Source: Rebecca billardiae RCC1528
Taxonomy: Eukaryota; Protista; Haptophyta
Assembly (NCBI GenBank): GCA_965240325.2
Contig: OZ251245.1
Coordinates: 682,001 to 746,000, forward strand
Reading direction: 5' to 3'
DNA length: 64,000 bases
Shown: in pieces, positions 25,501 through 43,627 of the stretch
How the letters are laid out: every line of letters begins with the position of its first letter
Numbering within the stretch: the stretch's first letter is position 1
The notes under the pieces: model-generated
The model's database searches: none
What the model saw: the letters and a program-made list of their open reading frames with translations, nothing else
What the model was told of the DNA's origin: nothing
Made by a program: the position numbers and the translations under genes

Positions 25501-28190
25501 GCGGTGCGAGCTACGCCACCTCTGCCACTTCTGGAACCTCACCGCCGCGGCGTGGGACACGAGCGGGTGCGAGACGCGACCCGTCGCCTCCGACCCGGCG
25601 CTCGCCGCGTGCGTGTGCTCCCACCTCACCACGTTCGGGCTCTTCTCAGTGCCGCTCACGCCGGAGGAGCTGCGCGCGGACGCGGTCTCGTTCGCCGGCT
25701 CGGTGAACACGGTCGACGCGGACGACGCCGCGGCGGTCTTCACCACGCCGCCCGAGCAGTTCGTCCGGCGCAACCCGTGGGTCGTTGGGCTCGTGGGCGC
25801 GCTCGCGGCCGGCTGTGCGCTCAGCGTCGGAGTCGCTCTGTGGCGCGACGCGGTCATGTGGCGGCGGATGCGCGCGCGGCAGGCGGACGAGGCGGAGGAC
25901 GACCACAAGCGCTCGCAGGCGTTCGCGGACGTGCTCGAGGAGCGCCTCGACGCGCTCGAGGACCAGCTCGACGACGCGCTCAACGACGCGGCCACGATGG
26001 TGCGCGCGCGCGTCGGCATGCTCCGGCGCGCGTCGAGCGGCGACCTCGAGCGAAGGCGCGCGGCGCGGCGCGAGGACGAGCACGCGGTGACGAAGCTGGT
26101 GCGCACGCTCGGGACGGAGATCTCGGTGAACCACACGCTGCTCGCGCTCTGCTTCGCGCCGCCCGAGAACCAGCGCCGCGCCGAGGTGGTGCAGACCTTC
26201 TGGTCGGTGCTCATCGTCGAGGCCTTCATCGAGACGTTGTTTTATTCCGACGCGGACGACGACGACATTGTGAACGTGACGCATTTCGTGCTCGGCGTGC
26301 TGGTGACGGGGATGGTGGCGTTCCCCGTGATGTGGCTGATCCCGCGCACGTTCGACTGGGCGTACGGCCGGCGCGGGCCCGTGCTCACCCGCCTCTTCGT
26401 CGCGCTGCGCGCGCACATCAACGAGCAGATCGTGCGGGCGGGCGGCGACGAGGACGCGCTGCCGACGAGCGCGTCGTTGCAATCGCCCGCGCGCAAGCCG
26501 CGCGGGAGCAAGGCGCGCCGGTTCATGTCGGCGCGCGGCGGCGGCGGCGGCGGCGGCGCAGAGGAGGGCTCGCCGCCCGCCTCGCCCGCGCGCTTCGGCT
26601 CCGGCCTGCCGCGCATGCTCAGCGCGGCCGGGAGCAGCTCGAGCGCCATGCTGCTTGACGCGCGCCCGCCGGCGCGCGCCCAGCCCGGCCTAACGAGCCC
26701 GTCGGGCGCGCGCGCTCGCACCAGCCCCGGCGCGAGCCCGCTCGGCGACGACGGCGTCGAGTCCGGGGGCGCCGGGGGCGGCGATGGCGCCCGCATGAGG
26801 GCCGCGGGGCCGCCGGGACAGGCGATCGTGCCGCTGAGCACGCGCGCGGCATCGGGCGGCGGCAGCGCGCTGCCGGCGCCGCCGCCGCCGCCAGCCGGCG
26901 CGGCGGGCGGCGGCGGCGGCGCTGGCAGGCCGCCGCCGCCGCCCTCGCGCCCGCCGCCGCCGCCGCCGTCCTCGCCGCCGCCGCCGGCCGAGCCCGCCGC
27001 CGCGCCCTCCGCCGCGCCCGCCGAGCAACCCGCGCCGGGCGGCGCGGCCAGCGCGCGCTGGCAGCAGCTCGCGAGCACGACGACTGCCGAGGGGCGGCAG
27101 CCGGCGGCGGCGAGCGCGCCCCGTGGGCCCGGCAAGAGCACCCTGCGGTTCGGCGCGGCGGTGCAGGAGCTGACACTCCGGCGCGACTCGCTCGAGAAGG
27201 GCGGCGGCGCGCCTCGGCCGCTCGAGATCGAGGCGGACGAGCCCTCGCCCTCGCGCGTGCGCCGCTCCGAGTCCTCGCGCACGCCCACCTCCGTCTACTC
27301 GGACGGCGCGTGGGTGGCGACTGACATCCTCTTCCATCTCCGCGCCATCTTTGACCGCTACGACGAAGGCCACGCGGGGAGCCTCGACACCGCCGAGCTG
27401 GGGCGGATGGTGCGGCACATGGTGCACCGCGCGACGAACGAGGACGACGAGGACTCGCTCGCCGCCGAGATGCGCGCGGTGGACAACAACGCCTCCGGCG
27501 CGATCAACTTTGGCGAGTTCCGCCGCTGGTACCGCGCCGAGCTCGCCAAGGCAGAGGAGGCGGAGGCGCGGCGCGCGCGCGGCGCGCTGCGCTTTGTGCC
27601 ACGGCTGCCCGAGCGCGCGCGCGTCGTGCTGGGCTGGCTCTTCACGTGGGCGGTGTTCGGCGTGTGCGCGCTGCTCGTCGTGCTGTGGGGCTCGGTGCTG
27701 GGCGACGCGAAGGTCGAGGCCATGCTGCTCAGCTGGGCCGTCGCGCTCGGGCACACTTTTGTGATTGAGGTGCGCGCGCGCGAGCCGCCGAGCGCGCGTG
27801 CGCGCGCACACACCCGCGGCGCCGGGCGCGCGCGCGCGGCTGCCGCGCGCGAGCGAGCGGCGTCGCGGCCGTGACGTGCGGCCCCCGCCGCGCGCCCCGC
27901 GCGCCGCCGCGCCGCAGGAGCCCGCGCTGATCGCGGCGCAGGTGCTCACACCCGCCGTGATCGAACTCACCAATCTCTCCACACTCGGCGTGGGCGCGGC
28001 CGTGCTCGCCGCCGGCGCGGGCCGCGGCAGGCGGCAGCGCGAAGGGCCGGACGTTCGCATCGAGCCCGAGGCGGGGCCGGACCTGCGCATCGCGCCCGAG
28101 GGGGAGAGCGAGGAGGGCGGCAGCCCCGTCGGGCCGAGCGGCGGGAGCGGCGCGCCCACGCCCCCCGCGCCGGCGGATGGGCTGCCGTAG
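12017..28190 (+). CDS. Giant polycystin-1/REJ-like adhesion receptor (~5,340 aa): signal peptide, C-type lectin, Ser-Pro3 stalk, 12 Cys-bridged repeats, ~5 IPT/TIG, REJ, EGF, GAIN/GPS, ~5 TM, EF-hand pair; exons 12017-27769 and 27918-28190
   Basis: C-type lectin (WLDGSD...EGVW...YQNWHP...NCMHI...C....YICQ); GPS motif CHFWNLTAAAWDTSGC...CVCSHLTTF; IPT motifs (P..GP..GGT.VTL.G.GF); EF loops DEGHAGSLDTAE and DNNASGAINFGE. Intron 27770-27917 joins IE|EP. Confidence 0.85.
12626..16160 (+). repeat. Coding Ser-Pro3 (extensin/HRGP-like) tandem repeat, ~1,180 codons
   Basis: Degenerate 12-bp unit AGCCCGCCGCCG encoding SPPP. Confidence 0.95.
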
Positions 28191-28758
28191 CAGTATTGTA
28201 TCTAGTGGGCCGTGCGCTGAGTCGTAGTCAGCTAGCAGTCGCGTAGTAATCCGACCACGCTCGCTGATGATTGAGCAGTCGTGACGATGCTTGCGCTGCT
28301 ACTACGACTATATACTCACTCTGCACTGCTACTGGACGGCTGACGACGCGCCAGCAGCAGCAGGCGGCGGCGGCGGCAAGTAGACTACTGTGACAGCGGC
28401 CGCGCCGCCCGCGCTGCCCCGCGCAGACTGAGACCCGCTGATGACGACCCGCACGACAGACGAATGCTCGCATATATGATGGCCCGCCGGGCGCGCGCGC
28501 CGCCACCCCGACCATTACGTCCACACGCGCAGTCACGGCAGTGCCGCCGCCGGCCACGGCGGCCACCGCCCGACCAGGCTGCTATCCAGGCCCGGCGCAT
28601 CCACCGCCCGCGCGCACGGCCTGGCTCCGAGCTCGCATCCGCCGGTCACGTGGCGGCTAGCGATGGCTGGCGCGCGCGCACACGCACGCACCACGAGCCG
28701 CGCGCTGCCTCCCGCCGGCGGCCGCCGCCCGCGCAAGGCGCGCCACCTCGCCCGTTGC

Positions 28759-35764
<7,006 letters not shown>

Positions 35765-35880
35765 GGCGCGAGGTGAGCGCGGGGGCGAGCGACGGTCTGA
35801 GCGCGCGAGGGGAAAGGGCACCGGCGGCGGGCGCGAGGCGACGCTTTGCGCGCGTGTTTGCGTCGGTCGGCGCGCCCAGC

Positions 35881-36990
35881 CAAGGGTGTCCAGGGTCCGC
35901 AACAGCCAGTGCGCAGCGCGGCAGAGGCTGTGACATCGCGAGGTCGCCGCTCGCCAGTGGGACTCGCCCGCCCGCCGCCGTGCACGGCGGCGGAGCCGCT
36001 TGCGCCGTGCGCTCCTGCGGCCGTCGGATCGGGCTGCGTAGGCGGCGCGCGGCTTGGGCCGTCGCTGAGCCACCCAGCGCCCCTCGCTGCGCCGCGCGCC
36101 TTCCTCGTCCTCGCCTTCTCCGCGCCTTGGAGCAGCACGCACACGCGTGGCGCCGCACAAAGGCAGCCCAGGCGCTCGCGTGCAAGCGTGCGCGCGCGCA
36201 GCGCGACGGGCTCGACTCGGGGCTCGCGCCGCTGCGGGGGCATGCAGCACCATCCCATGCGCGCGCGACGCCACCTCGAGCCTGCGCATCGCTGTGACCG
36301 TCACGCGCCAAATGCTCACACGTCCTCGTGTTAAAGTAGGCCCAATCTGACCAGAACCTGCCATGCGTCAGGACAACTTCTTAGGCAAGACACGATGACA
36401 GCTACGACGCGGCGCTTCTCAGAAAGCGTGGAGACCACAAGACAAGCGCACGCAAGCATGACCGTCTCCGCGTCGATCGCGTCGACGCACTCAAGGCCCG
36501 TTGTGGAAGCTTCCGTCGCACGTGTGATGATGCCAAGTCAGACCATTTTGTAACGTGCATCAGCGTGCACTGACGGTCAAACGCGCAGGTTCGAGGTGGC
36601 GTCGCGCGCGCATGTGATGGTGCTGCATGCCCCCGCAGCGGCGCGAGCCCTGAGTCGAGCCCGTCGCGCGCTGCGCGCGCGCGCTTGCACGCGAGCGCCT
36701 GCGCTGCTTTTGTGGCGGCGCCGCGCGTGTGCGTGCTGCTTCAAGGCGCGGAGGAGGCGAGGACGAGGAAGGCGCGCGGCGCAGCGAGGGGCGCTGGGTG
36801 GCTCAGCGACGGCCCAAGCCGCGCGCCGCCTACGCAGCCCGATCCGACGGCCGCAGGAGCGCACGGCGCAAGCGGCTCCGCCGCCGTGCACGGCGGCGGG
36901 CGGGCGAGTCCCACTGGCGAGCGGCGACCTCGCGATGTCACAGCCTCTGCCGCGCTGCGCACTGGCTGTTGCGGACCCTGGACACCCTTG
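35881..36990. mobile_element. Non-autonomous foldback DNA transposon, 1,110 bp, ~407-bp TIRs (35881-36287 and 36583-36990), 7-bp TSD GCCCAGC
   Basis: Arms are near-perfect reverse complements starting CAAGGGTGTCCAGGG. GCCCAGC lies at 35874-35880 and 36991-36997. No recognisable transposase in the ~295-bp spacer. Confidence 0.88.
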
Positions 36991-38101
36991 GCCCAGCCCG
37001 GCCCGGGCGGCCGCTCCTTCGCGCGATTGGTCGCCGACGACCGCACCGGACGCACAGAAAGAAGCACGGCGAAGTGCTCAACGCTCAACGCGGTCCGGAC
37101 CAGCAGCCGCAGGTTCCTCGCCGCTCTCCCCCTTGGCGCCTAGGCCTAGCACTAGTAGTGGCGGGTGACAATGGCGCGCTGCTTGTCGCCGCATACGTCG
37201 ATCTGACTTGCTCGGCGCGTCCCGTCAGGTCCCTGTTACACCACGGTACCGACCACGCTGCGGTACAGTGCGCTGCAGACTCGGCGGTGCGGTCCGTCAA
37301 AGCAGCAGAGACTAGAGTAGCTATAGTACAGTTTCGATTTATTGTTTTAGCGTGCGTCAGCGTAAGGCTCACGGTGGCAGGTTGCCGCGCCATCCTTCAT
37401 CGCACGCTCAGCGGAGAGTAGAGTGCCAGTTCACTCCGAGTTCGAGACTGACTCGGTTGACGGTTCACGGTGCCAAGACAGCTGCCAACGCGGTCAACTG
37501 CCGTACCGTTGGCGTTGATGGCGCGGGACTGAGTTCCGTGTTCGACTGATGAGCACTGAGTTCGCCGAATCACATTAAGCCATCATCGTAGTGATGCGCC
37601 TCGTAGTTAATCGTACTCTTGAGTCGGACTCTCGGTGACTGGACACTGGTGACTCATTCAAGAGCAGCGATCGCGTGAGCGATCGCGGTGACTCACTCAA
37701 GAGCAGCGGTCCGCCCGGGTCCGCGGAGCCGATTAAAAAAATAATATATATATATATATATATCTCGTCACTTTCACCGCCGGCCGCACTAAGTGACTAC
37801 GGTACTCTGATACGGTTGTACGTACTACGTAGCCTGCGCGAGACGGCGCCGCGCCCGCGGCCAGCAGATTCGGTGTCGCGCCGCCGCGCCCGGACCGGCG
37901 ACCGGTGATACCACTCGCGAGACACCCGCGGATATCTGGTGAGACTCCGTGACCGGCTGGTGTCCCGAAGGAGCCAACGAGCCATGTCGCCCCAGCGTTT
38001 CTCGACGTGGTGTCGGCAGCAGAAGTGCGCTGCGTGAGCGCCGAGCGGCACTACGCTCGGCGCTCGGAGAGCTCCTGCCGCCGCCAGGCCGACGCTCAGG
38101 A

Positions 38102-39652
38102 TCACGGCGGCGCCGGGCGAGGAGCAGAGCCAGAGGGACGCCTGGCAGCCGCCATCGCCTCTGCGCCGGCCAGGCGCCGGGCAGCCGCCGCCGCCGCGCC
38201 GGTCGCCCCCGGCGCGGGCGCCATGGCCCGCGCGGCGCCGCCGCCCTTACTCGCCGAGCCGCCTGCCGCCGCCGCCGCGATCGCGCCGCCTCCGTCCAGC
38301 TCGGTGCACGACGCAGCGCGCCGGCTCACACCTGGGCGCGCGTCCCTTCGCGCGGCGCCGGGCGCAGCACCGACCGCGCTCGAGCGGCGGCTGGACGGCG
38401 CGCTCGCGCCCGCCGTCGCAGCCGCTGCAGACGGCTCGGCTGCCGATGCGGCGTCAGTCTGCGCCGAGGCCGCGCCCCGCCCCGCGCCCGCGCCGCGCCG
38501 CGCGCCACCGGCGCCACCCAGGGCACCGGAGGCCCCGAGCCGAGAGCCGGCGCCGCGCCCACCCACGCCGCCGGTGCGCTGCCCCGCCTCCCGAGCCGCG
38601 CTGCCCAGCGACGCGTCGGCACGCCCAGCCGCTGCGCTCGCGGTCGCCGCCGCCGCGCTTCCCCCTCCGCCGCGCGCGCGCCGCGCGCCCGCGGCCGCGC
38701 GACCCGCCTCCGCTGGTGGCGGCTGTGACGCCCTCTCCGGCGCGGTGGCGGCTGGGGGCGAGGCGGCGTGCGCGGCGTGCGCGGGCGGGCCGCGCTCCAG
38801 GCGCCAGCCCGGCCGCGCCCATGCGCGCTCCGCCTTGGCCACAGCCGCCGGCGAGAGCGGCGGGGACGCCGCCACCTCCGCCTGCTGAACGCTGGCGCCG
38901 CCAAAGCCCGCGCCGTCCGCGCCGTCCGCGCCGTCCGAGCCGCCCGCCATCGAGGCGCGCAGCTCGGCGGTCATCTGCTCCATGCGCTCGGCGCGCTCCT
39001 GCATGCGGCGCAGGCGCTCCTCGAACTCGTCCGCCGAGCGCTGCGCGCCAACCGAGCGCTCCGCGAGCGACGCGACGCGCGGGGCCAGCGTGGGCGCCAG
39101 TCGTGTTCCGCGGTCGCGCGCGGCGCCGCTCGCGACGGCGGGCTCATCCTCGTCGTCGTCGTCGTCCGCGAGCGCGCGCTCGCGGTGCGCCGCGCGGTGC
39201 TGCACGAGCAGCGTCGCTTCCGCCTCACGCAGCGCGGACTTGAACGCCTCGTCCTCGCTCGCCGCGTTCTCAAGGCGCTCGCGTAATTTTCGTGATCGTT
39301 CGGTTGTCGCCATGAACGTGCGGCCAAACGTACGCAAGCCGGCCTGCGCCTCGTCGGAGGCGTGCAGTGCCTCGTCGAGCGAGTGATCGAGCGATTCGGC
39401 CAGCATGCCGCCGTGTGCGCCGCCGCCGGCAGACGTGTCAGCTGCGGGCTCGGGCGCGCCGCCCACTTCGCGCGCGCGCGTGGGCGCGGAGGCAGCCGCC
39501 TGCTCGCCCGGCGGCGGCGCGGACGCGCGCTGCTGCTTGAGCGTGTGCGCGGCGCGGGCTGCAGAGCCACCGACGGCGTTGGCGATTGGGGCAGAGCCCG
39601 ACGGGTCGACGCTCGCCATCTGCTTGGCGCCGTTGTCGCTCGCCACGAGCAT
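38102..39652 (-). CDS. Hypothetical coiled-coil, Ala-rich protein
   Basis: GC3-biased ORF with coiled-coil segments (ERSRKLRERLENAASEDEAFKSALREAE; FEERLRRMQERAERMEQMTAEL). Start taken at 39652 (39619 is an alternative) because the ORF's upstream extension crosses a MITE. Confidence 0.6.
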   Translation of the reverse strand: MLVASDNGAKQMASVDPSGSAPIANAVGGSAARAAHTLKQQRASAPPPGEQAAASAPTRAREVGGAPEPAADTSAGGGAHGGMLAESLDHSLDEALHASDEAQAGLRTFGRTFMATTERSRKLRERLENAASEDEAFKSALREAEATLLVQHRAAHRERALADDDDDEDEPAVASGAARDRGTRLAPTLAPRVASLAERSVGAQRSADEFEERLRRMQERAERMEQMTAELRASMAGGSDGADGADGAGFGGASVQQAEVAASPPLSPAAVAKAERAWARPGWRLERGPPAHAAHAASPPAATAPERASQPPPAEAGRAAAGARRARGGGGSAAAATASAAAGRADASLGSAAREAGQRTGGVGGRGAGSRLGASGALGGAGGARRGAGAGRGAASAQTDAASAAEPSAAAATAGASAPSSRRSSAVGAAPGAARRDARPGVSRRAASCTELDGGGAIAAAAAGGSASKGGGAARAMAPAPGATGAAAAAARRLAGAEAMAAARRPSGSAPRPAPP

Positions 39653-39851
39653 CCCAGCCCCGCCGCCGTGCGCGGGTGGGCTGCCCTCGCCCGTCTTGAA
39701 CGGCCTCTCAAAACCGTTCTCAAGACCGCGGAGGCGCGGAGCGGCTCGAACAAAATAGCGCATCGATCTTGAAATGCTTGAAATCGACATGAACCGTCTT
39801 TGTGCGCGCAATTCATTTTCGCATTGGTGCGTTCTGAGTGTGAGTGTAGTA

Positions 39852-40458
39852 TGGAGCGCTCGTTGGAACTTGGCGGGGCTTGGAACTTGACACCGCATTT
39901 CCCAGCGAAGTGCCCCATCTCGGCGGGGCTGGCACGGTCGGCACACGCTCCTGAGCGCTCGCTTCGCGGTGCGGCAGGCCTTGGGCAGCCCAGACAGACA
40001 TGCCGCGACCGAATTACCGGGCCATGCGCGCACCACACCCGCGCCACATGGCCTGCGCGCTGGACGACTGAGAGGCAACGCCGAACCACTGCATTCCACT
40101 GCCCCGCATGCACCCCAAGTCACCTTCAGAGGGCGTCGACGAGCGCAGAGCGGGTGCGTGGGAGTTCGACCAGCTCGTGTACCTTCTTGCTAGCACCAGC
40201 GGCGAGGTCGCAAGCCGAACCTTGACCAGCCGTGGAACTTGAGCTGGTCGGCAGCAAAACCACCGTTTAACCCGGATCAAGTTAGCAGCGTGCGAGGAGG
40301 AGGCGCGGTGCGCGTCCGCGGCTGGCGAGAGGCGTCCGGACCGTGCCGTTCTCGGCCGCGCCCGCGCGCTTCCCGCCGCCGCGGGCCCCGTGTACGCCCG
40401 TCGTCGCCCTCGCCGCGCGGGCGCCAAACCGGCGTCACTAGTTCCAACGAACGCTCCA
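39852..40458. mobile_element. 607-bp MITE with 19-bp TIRs (TGGAGCGYTCGTTGGAACT) and TA TSD, Tc1/mariner-type
   Basis: 39852-39870 matches the reverse complement of 40440-40458 at 18/19. TA at 39850-51 and 40459-60, where symmetry ends. TGGAACTTG recurs internally. Confidence 0.75.
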
Positions 40459-40595
40459 TAGTTCATCATCGACTCATCGTCCGTCGACAGCGTCGTCCCA
40501 CACGATGCAGCAATGCTGCACAATTCGGTTCATAACTTCAGTCGCATGTTGACCGGCTAATACGCAGTCTACTAGAACCTCCTCAACCACCGATC

Positions 40596-43500
40596 TCAAT
40601 CCTCATCCGCCTGCGCGCGCTCGACGACTTGCCCGAGCAGGCCGCGCACGACATGGTTTGTCCGCTCGAACCCGACGAGCTCGATCGCGGTCTGCATCGC
40701 GCGCTTGCGGAAGGAGTCCCTCCGCGTGAAGGAGCCGGAGGTCGTGGCCGCCGCCGCCGCCATCGCCCCAGTACGCCCAGTAGGCGCGCTCCCCGCCGCG
40801 GCGGTCGCGCCGCGTGGCGCGTCGCAGCAGCAGTCGGCCGCGTGGAACGCGTCGATGCTCGCGACGGTCGCGCGCACATCGGCGCCGGAGCTCGCGACAA
40901 TCTGCACGTCGATCTCGGACGCCGAGCGGCCGAGCGCCTCCCACGCGACGCAAAGCGCCACCACCGATGGGTCGTCCATGGCGCGCGGCCCCGCGAGCAG
41001 CAGCAGCCGCTGTGTGAGGGCGAGGTGCACGGGCGTGTGCGCCAGCACCTGCGCCGGCGTGAGGCTCGAGTCGTCGCACACCGCCGGGAGGTAGATGCGC
41101 GGCGCGCGGCCCTCGCGCGCGACAAACGCGCTCACCCAGCGGCTGAGCGTGAGCGCCTGCGCGCGCGCGTCGTCGGACGCGGAGCTCACCACGTACGCGT
41201 CGCACAACGGCGCCACGCCGCCATCACGCCCGCCATGCGCCGTGGGCGACGACGGCGGCGAGTCCGACGGAGTCTCCGTGCCCGAGCTCGGGATCTCGCC
41301 GGACGCACGCAACGCGTCGAAGCGCGTGCGGCTGCGTTGCGCCCGGAGCGAGCGGCTCGCGCTCGCCAGCACGCCCATGCCCAGCTGCTCGTACTGCGAG
41401 CGGACGAGCTGGCCCAAGTGCACCGCGCCGCCACAGCTCCGCGCCTCGACGGCTGCGGCGGCGCGCTCGGCCGAGAAGGGCAGCGGCATGAACGCGCTCA
41501 CCGCCTCGGAGACGAGCGCAGCAGGCGAGCCCATGCCGCGCGCTCCGCCCGTGTGCTCGAGAAAGGAGGCGAGGGCCGCCTCGATGGGCAGGCTCGGCCG
41601 CTTGCACAGCCGTGGCGGTGCGGCCGGGTACGTGCTGTGGCACACGCCGGCTGCGGCGCTGATGGTGGCCGAGACGATGGCGGAGGCGCGTCCGGCGCAC
41701 GCGCCGCAGCCACCGCTCCGGGCGTACCGCGCGCACGCGCAGCACAGCGCGGTGAGCACCGCGCACTGCCATTGCCACGACTGCCGCATTGCGAGCGCCG
41801 CGAGGCCGACCGCCACGCAGCACACGAGCCCGCCGCGCCAGGCTGGTGCGCGCGAGAGCACCGTCTGCCGCTCGCGCGAGATGAGCTCCTCGGAGCGGCG
41901 CAGCGCCGCCTCCGTCGCCTCCAGGGTGGCGGGGAGGCTCGCGCTGTCGGCGTACTCGCGCCCAAGCCACGCGTCGTGCGCCCACGCGCTGCCGCGGAGG
42001 GCTGCTGCGGCCGAGCTGACCGTGGGTACCGCCCCAGCGGGCGATGGGCCCGCGCTCGGGCTAGACGAGGGGGACGAGTCCTCGGAGCCGCTCGAGCTCG
42101 ACATATCCGAGGAGTTGGAGGCTTCGCGCCGAGACACCCGCGGCTCCGACTTGACGGGCGTGGGCCGCCCTCGCGCGAGCGGGGAGCTCGTGCGCAGGGG
42201 CGAGCCCGTGCGCAGCGAGGACAGCGAGTTGGTGCGCAGCATGGATGCCGAGCGCGGCCGCAGCGCGGCAGGCGAGCGCGAGCGCAGCGCAAACGGTGAT
42301 GAGGCCGTCGGGTCACACGTCGTGTGGGCGCTGTGCCGGTGCGGCCTGTGGCGCGGCAGCGGCTGCTGCTTGAAGAGCGCCCGCGAGCGCAGGGCGTTGA
42401 GCTTGCGGTCGGCGCGCGCGTCGCGCCCAGCCGCGGCCGTGATGGCGGAGACATGGTGGTAAGTCTCGCGCAGCAGCTCGACGACGTGCTCGGCGGCGAC
42501 CATCGCCTGCTGCGAGCGCAGGAGCCGGTGCGTCACGCCGTCCATCTCGAGCGTCTCGCCGAGCCCGTCGAAGAGGGCCGCGGTGCATGGGAGCACCGTC
42601 ATGAGCGCGACCACGTCATACGGCTTGACGTACCCGTGCAAGTAGCGGACGATGGGCGCGTCCACGTCGAGCGACTCGTAGCCGCGCTGGGCGAAGCGTG
42701 CGGCGTCGATGCCGCAGAAGGTCTGCGCCGTCGCGCGCAGATGGAGCAGGCGGAGGGAGCGCCCGGCGGGAGAGGCAGGGGGCGAGTCATGCGTGAGGGC
42801 AAGCAAGGCGCACATCCACACGCCACCGTGCGCATGCTCGCGCAGGCGCAGCGCACCTCAAAGTACCACTGCTTGGTGCAGCGCGCGGGCAGCGCGCCCG
42901 TGTTGAGCTTGCGCCAGAGGCCCTCGAGGCCCTCGAACTGTGCGCGCGCCAGGTACTCCATCACCGGACAGCCGGTGCGCAGAGCGAACGAGCTGGCGAG
43001 CTGCATGGGCAGCAGCGGCACGGCGTCACGCGAGACGACGGTGAGCGGGACGCCGCGGCGGAAGCACCAGCCGTACGCGAACCCGGCCGCGTCGCGATCG
43101 AACTCGTTGTTCTGCGAGCTATCGGGCACCCACGAGCGCGCGCCGGTCGCGCCGTCCGCGGCGGGCTCGATGCCGCCCATGATGGTGACGCCGCGCGTCT
43201 TCGCGCGCACGAGCGCCTCGTCCGCCTCGATGGCGTCCACCATGTCGCGCAGCGACGAGATCAGCACAAACGTGAGCGAGGCGCGCGGCGCCTCGTTGAG
43301 CACCGCGCGCAGCAGAACCGCGCCGTCGTGCAGCTGCTCGTCGGCGACGTGCGCGCACCCGCGCAGGCTGTACTCGTACGCCTCGGGCTCGCGCGCCGTG
43401 CCGGCCGAGCCGATGCCCACCGGCACGTCCGTCGCGCCGATGGTGTCCAGGAGGCAGCGCGCGAGCCGCGCGCGCGCGCGCGGCTCACCTCCGCCGTTGC

Positions 43501-43627
43501 AGATGACCGCGCGGAGCGCGACGCGGCGGCCGACGTGCGCGGTGGCGGCGATGACGAGCACCTTGGCGTCGTCGGGGTCGGGCCCGATGTCGGTGACGAG
43601 CACCAGGCTGGGGCGCGCTTGCGGCAT
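40596..43627 (-). CDS. IU-nucleoside-hydrolase-like domain, Ser-rich linker, 2-3 TM helices and a C-terminal TIR-like domain (~965 aa); exons 43627-42857 and 42722-40596
   Basis: N-terminal LVTDIGPDPDD (NH Asp-rich motif), TIMGG, NNEFDRDAA and PYDVVA. Intron 42856-42723 keeps the frame. The C-terminus CDAYVVSS..DD...W...F....GRAPRIYLPAVC resembles protist TIR-like domains. Confidence 0.7.

Noticed and set aside
35765-36364. 200-aa N-terminal extension of the ABCC ORF
   Set aside because: It runs through the foldback element's TIR; the ATG at 35764 begins the TMD0-like sequence.
39653-40123. N-terminal extension of ORF 38102..40123
   Set aside because: It starts inside the MITE and has non-host codon usage.
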